Below are positions 59,581 through 64,000 of a DNA stretch of 64,000 nucleotides, piece by piece. Position numbers and translations under genes: made by a program. Origin of the DNA: the human T2T-CHM13v2.0 reference genome, Homo sapiens; assembly GCF_009914755.1 (NCBI RefSeq), contig NC_060940.1. The stretch is one strand, 5' to 3'. The notes under the pieces are model-generated. The model was not told the origin of the DNA and did not search any database. It saw only the letters and a list, made by a program, of their open reading frames with translations. How positions within the stretch are numbered: the first letter of the stretch is position 1; each line of letters opens with the position of its first letter.

Positions 59581-62500
59581 TTCCATTCTATGATGATTCC
59601 ATTCGAGTCCATTCGATGATTCCATTCGATTGCATTCGATGATTCCATTATATTCCATTCAACGGTGATTCCATTCGAGTCCATTCCATGATTCCATTAG
59701 AGTACATTTAATGATTGCTTTGTTTTCAATTCGAAGATGATTACATTGGATTCCATTCTATGATACCATTCGATTCCATTCAATGATGATTCCACTCAAA
59801 TCCATTGGATGATTCCATTCGTGTCCATTCGGTGATTTCATTAGATTCCATTCGAGGATGATTCCATTCGATTCCATTCGATGATTCCATTCAATTCCAT
59901 TCGTTGATGATTCCATTCCAGTCCATATGATCATTCCATTTGATTTCATTCGATGATGATTCCATTCGATTCCATTCGATGATTCCATTCTATTCCATTC
60001 GATGATGATTCCATTCGAGTCCATTCGATGATTCCATTCGAGTCCATTTAATGATTCCATTGGGTTCAATTCAATGATGATTACATTGGATTCCGTTCTA
60101 TGATTCCATTCAATTCCGTTCATTGACAATTTGATTCCATTCGATGATGATTCCATTTGAGTTCATTCGATGATTCTATTCGATTCTCTTCGATGGTGAT
60201 TCAATTCTATTATATTGGATGATTCCATTCGATTCCATTTGATGTTGATTCAATTCGATTCTATTCGATGATGATTCCATTGGATTTCACTTGATGATTC
60301 TATTCGATTCCATTCAATGATGATTCACTTCTCGTCCATTGGATGATTCCATTTCATTCCATTCGATGATGATTCCATTCGATTCCATTCGATGATTCCA
60401 TTTGATTCCATGCGACGGTGAGCAATTCGATTCAATTCCATGATGATTCTATTTGATTCAATTAGATGATGTTTCCATTCGAATCCATTCCATGATTATT
60501 CCATTGGAATCCATTCGGCGATGATTCCATATGAGTCAATTCAATGATGATTCCATATGGGTCCGTTCGATGATAATTCCATTTGATTTCATTCGATGCT
60601 TCTATTCTATTCCAGTCGATGATGATTCCGTTGGAGTCCATACGATGATTCCATTTGATTTCATTTGATGATGATTCCATTCGATGACGATTACATTGGA
60701 TTCCATTCTATGATTCCATTCAATTCCATTCGTTGATGATTCGATTCCATTCAATGATGATTCCATTTGAGTTCATTCGATGATTCTATTCGATTCCGTT
60801 CGATGGTGATTCAATTCTATTATATTGGATGATTCCACTCGATTCCATTTGATGATTATTCCATTGGAGTCCACTTAGTGAATCCTTTAGATTCTACTCG
60901 ACGATGATTCCATTCGAGTCCATTCGATGATACCATTCAATTCCATTCGTTGATGCTTCCATTCAAGTGCATTCGATGATATCATTCGATTCCATTTGAT
61001 GATAATTCCATTTGATTCCATGCGATGATTCTATTCGATTCCATTCAATGATAATTCCATTCAATTCAGTGATTCCTCTGGACTCCATTTGATGATGATT
61101 CCATTCAATGATTCCATTCGATTCTATTCGAAAATGATTCCATTTGAATCCATTTGATGATGATTCCATTAGATTCCATTTGATGATTCCATTCGATTCC
61201 ATTCGACGATGATTCCATTCGATTCCGTTTGATGATTCCATTCTATTCTATTCGATGATGATTCCATTCGATTCCATTCGATGATGATTGGATTCGATTC
61301 CATTGGATGATTTCATTTGATTCCATTCGTTAATGATTTCGATCAATTCCATTCGATGATTCCATTCGATTCCATTCGATAATGATTACATCCGAGTCCA
61401 TTCGATGATTCCCTTTGAGCCTGTTCGATAATTCCATTTGAGTCCAACCAATGATTCCATTCATTTCCATTCAATGATTCCATTCGAGTCCATTTGATCA
61501 TTCCGGTAGGGTCCATTCGATGTTGATTCCATTGGAGTGCATTCGATGATTCCATTCGAGTCCATTTTAGGATTTGATTCGAGTCCTTTCGATGATTCCA
61601 TTCGATTCCACTCGATGATGATTTCATTCCAGTCCATTCGACACTTCCAATCGATTCCATTTGATGATTCCATTCGAGTCCAATTGATGATTCCATTCAA
61701 TTCCATTCGATGATGATTCCGTACGATTCCATTCTGTGATGATTCCATGTGATTGCATTCAATGATGATTCCTTTCGATTGCATTCGATTATGATTCATT
61801 TCGTGTTCATTCTATGGTTCCACAGGTTTCCATTCGTGTCCATTCCATTATTCCATTCTATTCCATTTGATGATGATTCCATTCGATTCCATTCATTGGT
61901 GATTCCACTCAATTCCATTCAATGATTCCATTCCATTTCTTTCAACAATGATTCCATTAGTTTCTAATCGATGATCCACTTGATTCCATTTGACGACGAT
62001 TCCATTCTTGTCCATTCGATGATTCCATTTGATTCCATATGATGATGATTCCATTCGATTCCATACCATGATGATTCCATTCGAGTCCATTCAATGGTGA
62101 TTCCATTCAATTCCATTCGATGATTCCTTTCGATTCCATTCGATGATGATGGCATTCGATTCCTTTCAATCATTCCCTTTGATTCCATTCAAAGGTGATT
62201 TCATTCAAGTCCATTCGATAATTGCATTCGATTCCATTCTATGATGATTCCATTCGAGTCCATTTGATGATTCCATTCAATTCAAGTCAATGATGATTCC
62301 ATTCGATTCCATTCGATGATTCCATTGGATTCCATTCGATGATGATTCCATTCAAATCCTTTCGATAATTCAATTCAAGTCCATTCGATGATGATTCCAA
62401 TCGAATCCATTCAAAGATTCCATTCAGTTCCATTCGATGATTCCCTTAGATTCCATTCGATGATTCCACTTGATTGCATTTACGATGATTCCATTCGATT

Positions 62501-64000
62501 CCATGTGATGATTCCATTCAATTCTATTCAATGATGTCTCCATTTGATTCCATTCGACCATGATTGCCTTTGATTCCATTCAATGATTCCATTCGGTTCC
62601 GTTTGATGATGATTCCGTTCGATTCCATTTGATGATTCCATTTGATTCCATTGGATGGGTCCATTCGATTACATTCGATGATTATTCCATTCGAGTGCAT
62701 TAGATGATTCCATTCGAGTCCATTCGATGATTCCATTCGATTCCATTCGATGTTGATTCTGTTCAAATCCATTCGATGATTCCACTCGATTCCATTCGTT
62801 GACTCCATTTGATCCCATTCGATGATTTCCTTTGATTCCCTTTGATGATCATTCCATTTGATTCAATTCGGTGATTTCATTCGATTCCATTCAGTGATGT
62901 TTCCATTCGACTCCATTCGATGATGATTCCATTCGACTCCATTCGATTATGATTTCATTCAATTCCATTCGATAATGATTCCCTTCGAGTCCATTCGATG
63001 ATTCCATTCGATTCCATTCAACGATGTTTTGATTCGTGTCCATTCGATGATTCCATTTGATTCCACTTGATGATGATTCCATTCGAGTCCATTTGATGAT
63101 TCCATTCAATTCCATACTCCGATGATTTCTTTTGAGCCCACTCAATGCTTCCACTCGATTCCATATGATGATGACTCCATTCGATGAAATTCGATGATGA
63201 TTCCATTCGCTTGCTTTCGATGATGATTCCACTTGAGTCCGTTAGAAGATTCTATTCAATTACATTCCATGACGATTCCGTTCGAGTCCATTTGATGATT
63301 CCATTAGACTCCATTCGACGATGATTCCTTTCGATGTTATTCCATGATTCCATTCGATATCAATCGATGATGATTCCATTCAACTCCATTCGATGTTTCC
63401 ATTCGAGTTCATTCTATTATTGCATTAGATTCCATTCGATGATGATTCCATTCGATTCCATTTGATGATTGCATTCTGTTTCATTTGATGATGATTCCAT
63501 TCGAGTCCACTCGATGATTCCATTCGAGTCCATTTAATGAATCCATTGGTTTCAATTCTATGATGATTACATTGGATTCCATTCGTTGATGATTTCATTC
63601 GGTTCCATTCAATGATGATTCCATTCAATTCCTTTCAATGTTTCCATTCAATTCCATACGATGATGATTCCATTTGATTTGATTCGACAGTGAGCCATTC
63701 GATTCAATTCCATGATGATTCTATTTGATTCAATTGGTTGACATTTCCATTCGATTCCATTCGATGATGATTCCCTTTGATTCCGTTCAAAGATGATTCC
63801 ATTCTAGCCCATTCAATCATTCCATTCGATTCTATTCAATGATGATTCCATTCATGTCGATTTGGTGATTCCATTTGACTTCATTTGATGATGATTCCTT
63901 TCAAGTTCATTAGATGATTCCATTCGATTCCATTTGATGATGATCCCATTCGAGTCCATTCAGTGATTCCATTCGTTTCCATTCCATGATGATTCCATTC

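Larger units (their letters stand above)
57573..63880 (+). repeat. Expanded unit, 6,308 bp (26-bp and 170-bp tandem duplications)
   Basis: Landmark offsets shift 6112 -> 6138 -> 6308 (52026/58164; 53450/59758). The next unit starts at 63881. Confidence 0.93.
1..64000 (+). repeat. Human satellite II (HSat2/HSATII) pericentromeric tandem array, CATTC strand on +, no strand switch
   Basis: Continuous ATTCCATTCG / GAGTCCATTCG motifs followed by one or two ATG triplets (GATGATTCC, GATGATGATTCC) give 23- and 26-bp monomers, with dense TCGA (TaqI) and GANTC (HinfI) sites. This is the established signature of HSat2, as opposed to the purer (CATTC)n of HSat3. Confidence 0.98.
37249..64000 (+). repeat. 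Homogeneous higher-order repeat domain, period 6,112 bp (HSat2B ~6.1-kb type, probably chr16q11.2)
   Basis: Landmarks recur at exactly 6,112 bp: 37249/43361/49473/55585; 37880/43992/50104/56216; 39237/45349/51461/57573; 41226/47338/53450. The last period is 6,308 = 6,112+26+170. The chr16 assignment relies on the known ~6.1-kb unit there, not on flanking unique sequence. Confidence 0.93.

Noticed and set aside
10-63628. Many 60-132 aa minus-strand ORFs (MESSNGIEWNH-like) recurring once per unit
   Set aside because: They are direct translations of the GAATG/CATCAT strand, which is rich in ATG and poor in stops. They overlap in multiple frames, are low complexity, and gain or lose starts and stops freely between copies.
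1-64000. CRISPR-like or diversity-generating repeat/spacer system
   Set aside because: There is no constant repeat separated by unique spacers. All intervening sequence is the same degenerate motif, and no cas, reverse transcriptase or other genes are present.
1-64000. HSat3 or alpha-satellite identity
   Set aside because: Pure (CATTC)n runs are at most about three copies and ATG triplets interrupt every monomer. No 171-bp alphoid monomer or CENP-B box was seen.
1-64000. Inversion or strand switch within the array
   Set aside because: No GAATG-strand tract was seen on the + strand anywhere in the window.

Overview
The whole 64 kb window is one uninterrupted, single-orientation array of primate (most likely human) classical satellite II (HSat2/HSATII). 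It is built from degenerate ATTCCATTCG(ATG)1-2 motifs forming ~23- and ~26-bp monomers. These are organised into a higher-order unit of exactly 6,112 bp, measured from landmark positions 39237, 45349, 51461 and 57573. That period matches the ~6.1-kb unit known for the HSat2B array of chromosome 16q11.2; the locus assignment is inference from the period. There are no credible genes, RNA genes, transposons or CRISPR arrays. All listed ORFs are translation artefacts of the satellite, and I used them only as landmarks. I found no new protein-coding system. The interest lies in the array architecture. A rearranged left domain (~1-37 kb) has landmark spacings of 3655, 10016, 5854, 2013, 5542 and 12147 bp, two types of non-canonical HSat2 segment, a scrambled unit and a long-range duplication at a ~23.4-kb offset. 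It gives way to a homogenised right domain (~37.5-64 kb) of near-identical 6,112-bp units with young 26-bp and 170-bp tandem duplications. Other points are one perfect DUX4-consensus site per full unit and short hyper-divergent tracts suggestive of gene conversion. Comparisons were made by eye and by landmark arithmetic, so breakpoints are accurate only to within the flanking microhomology.
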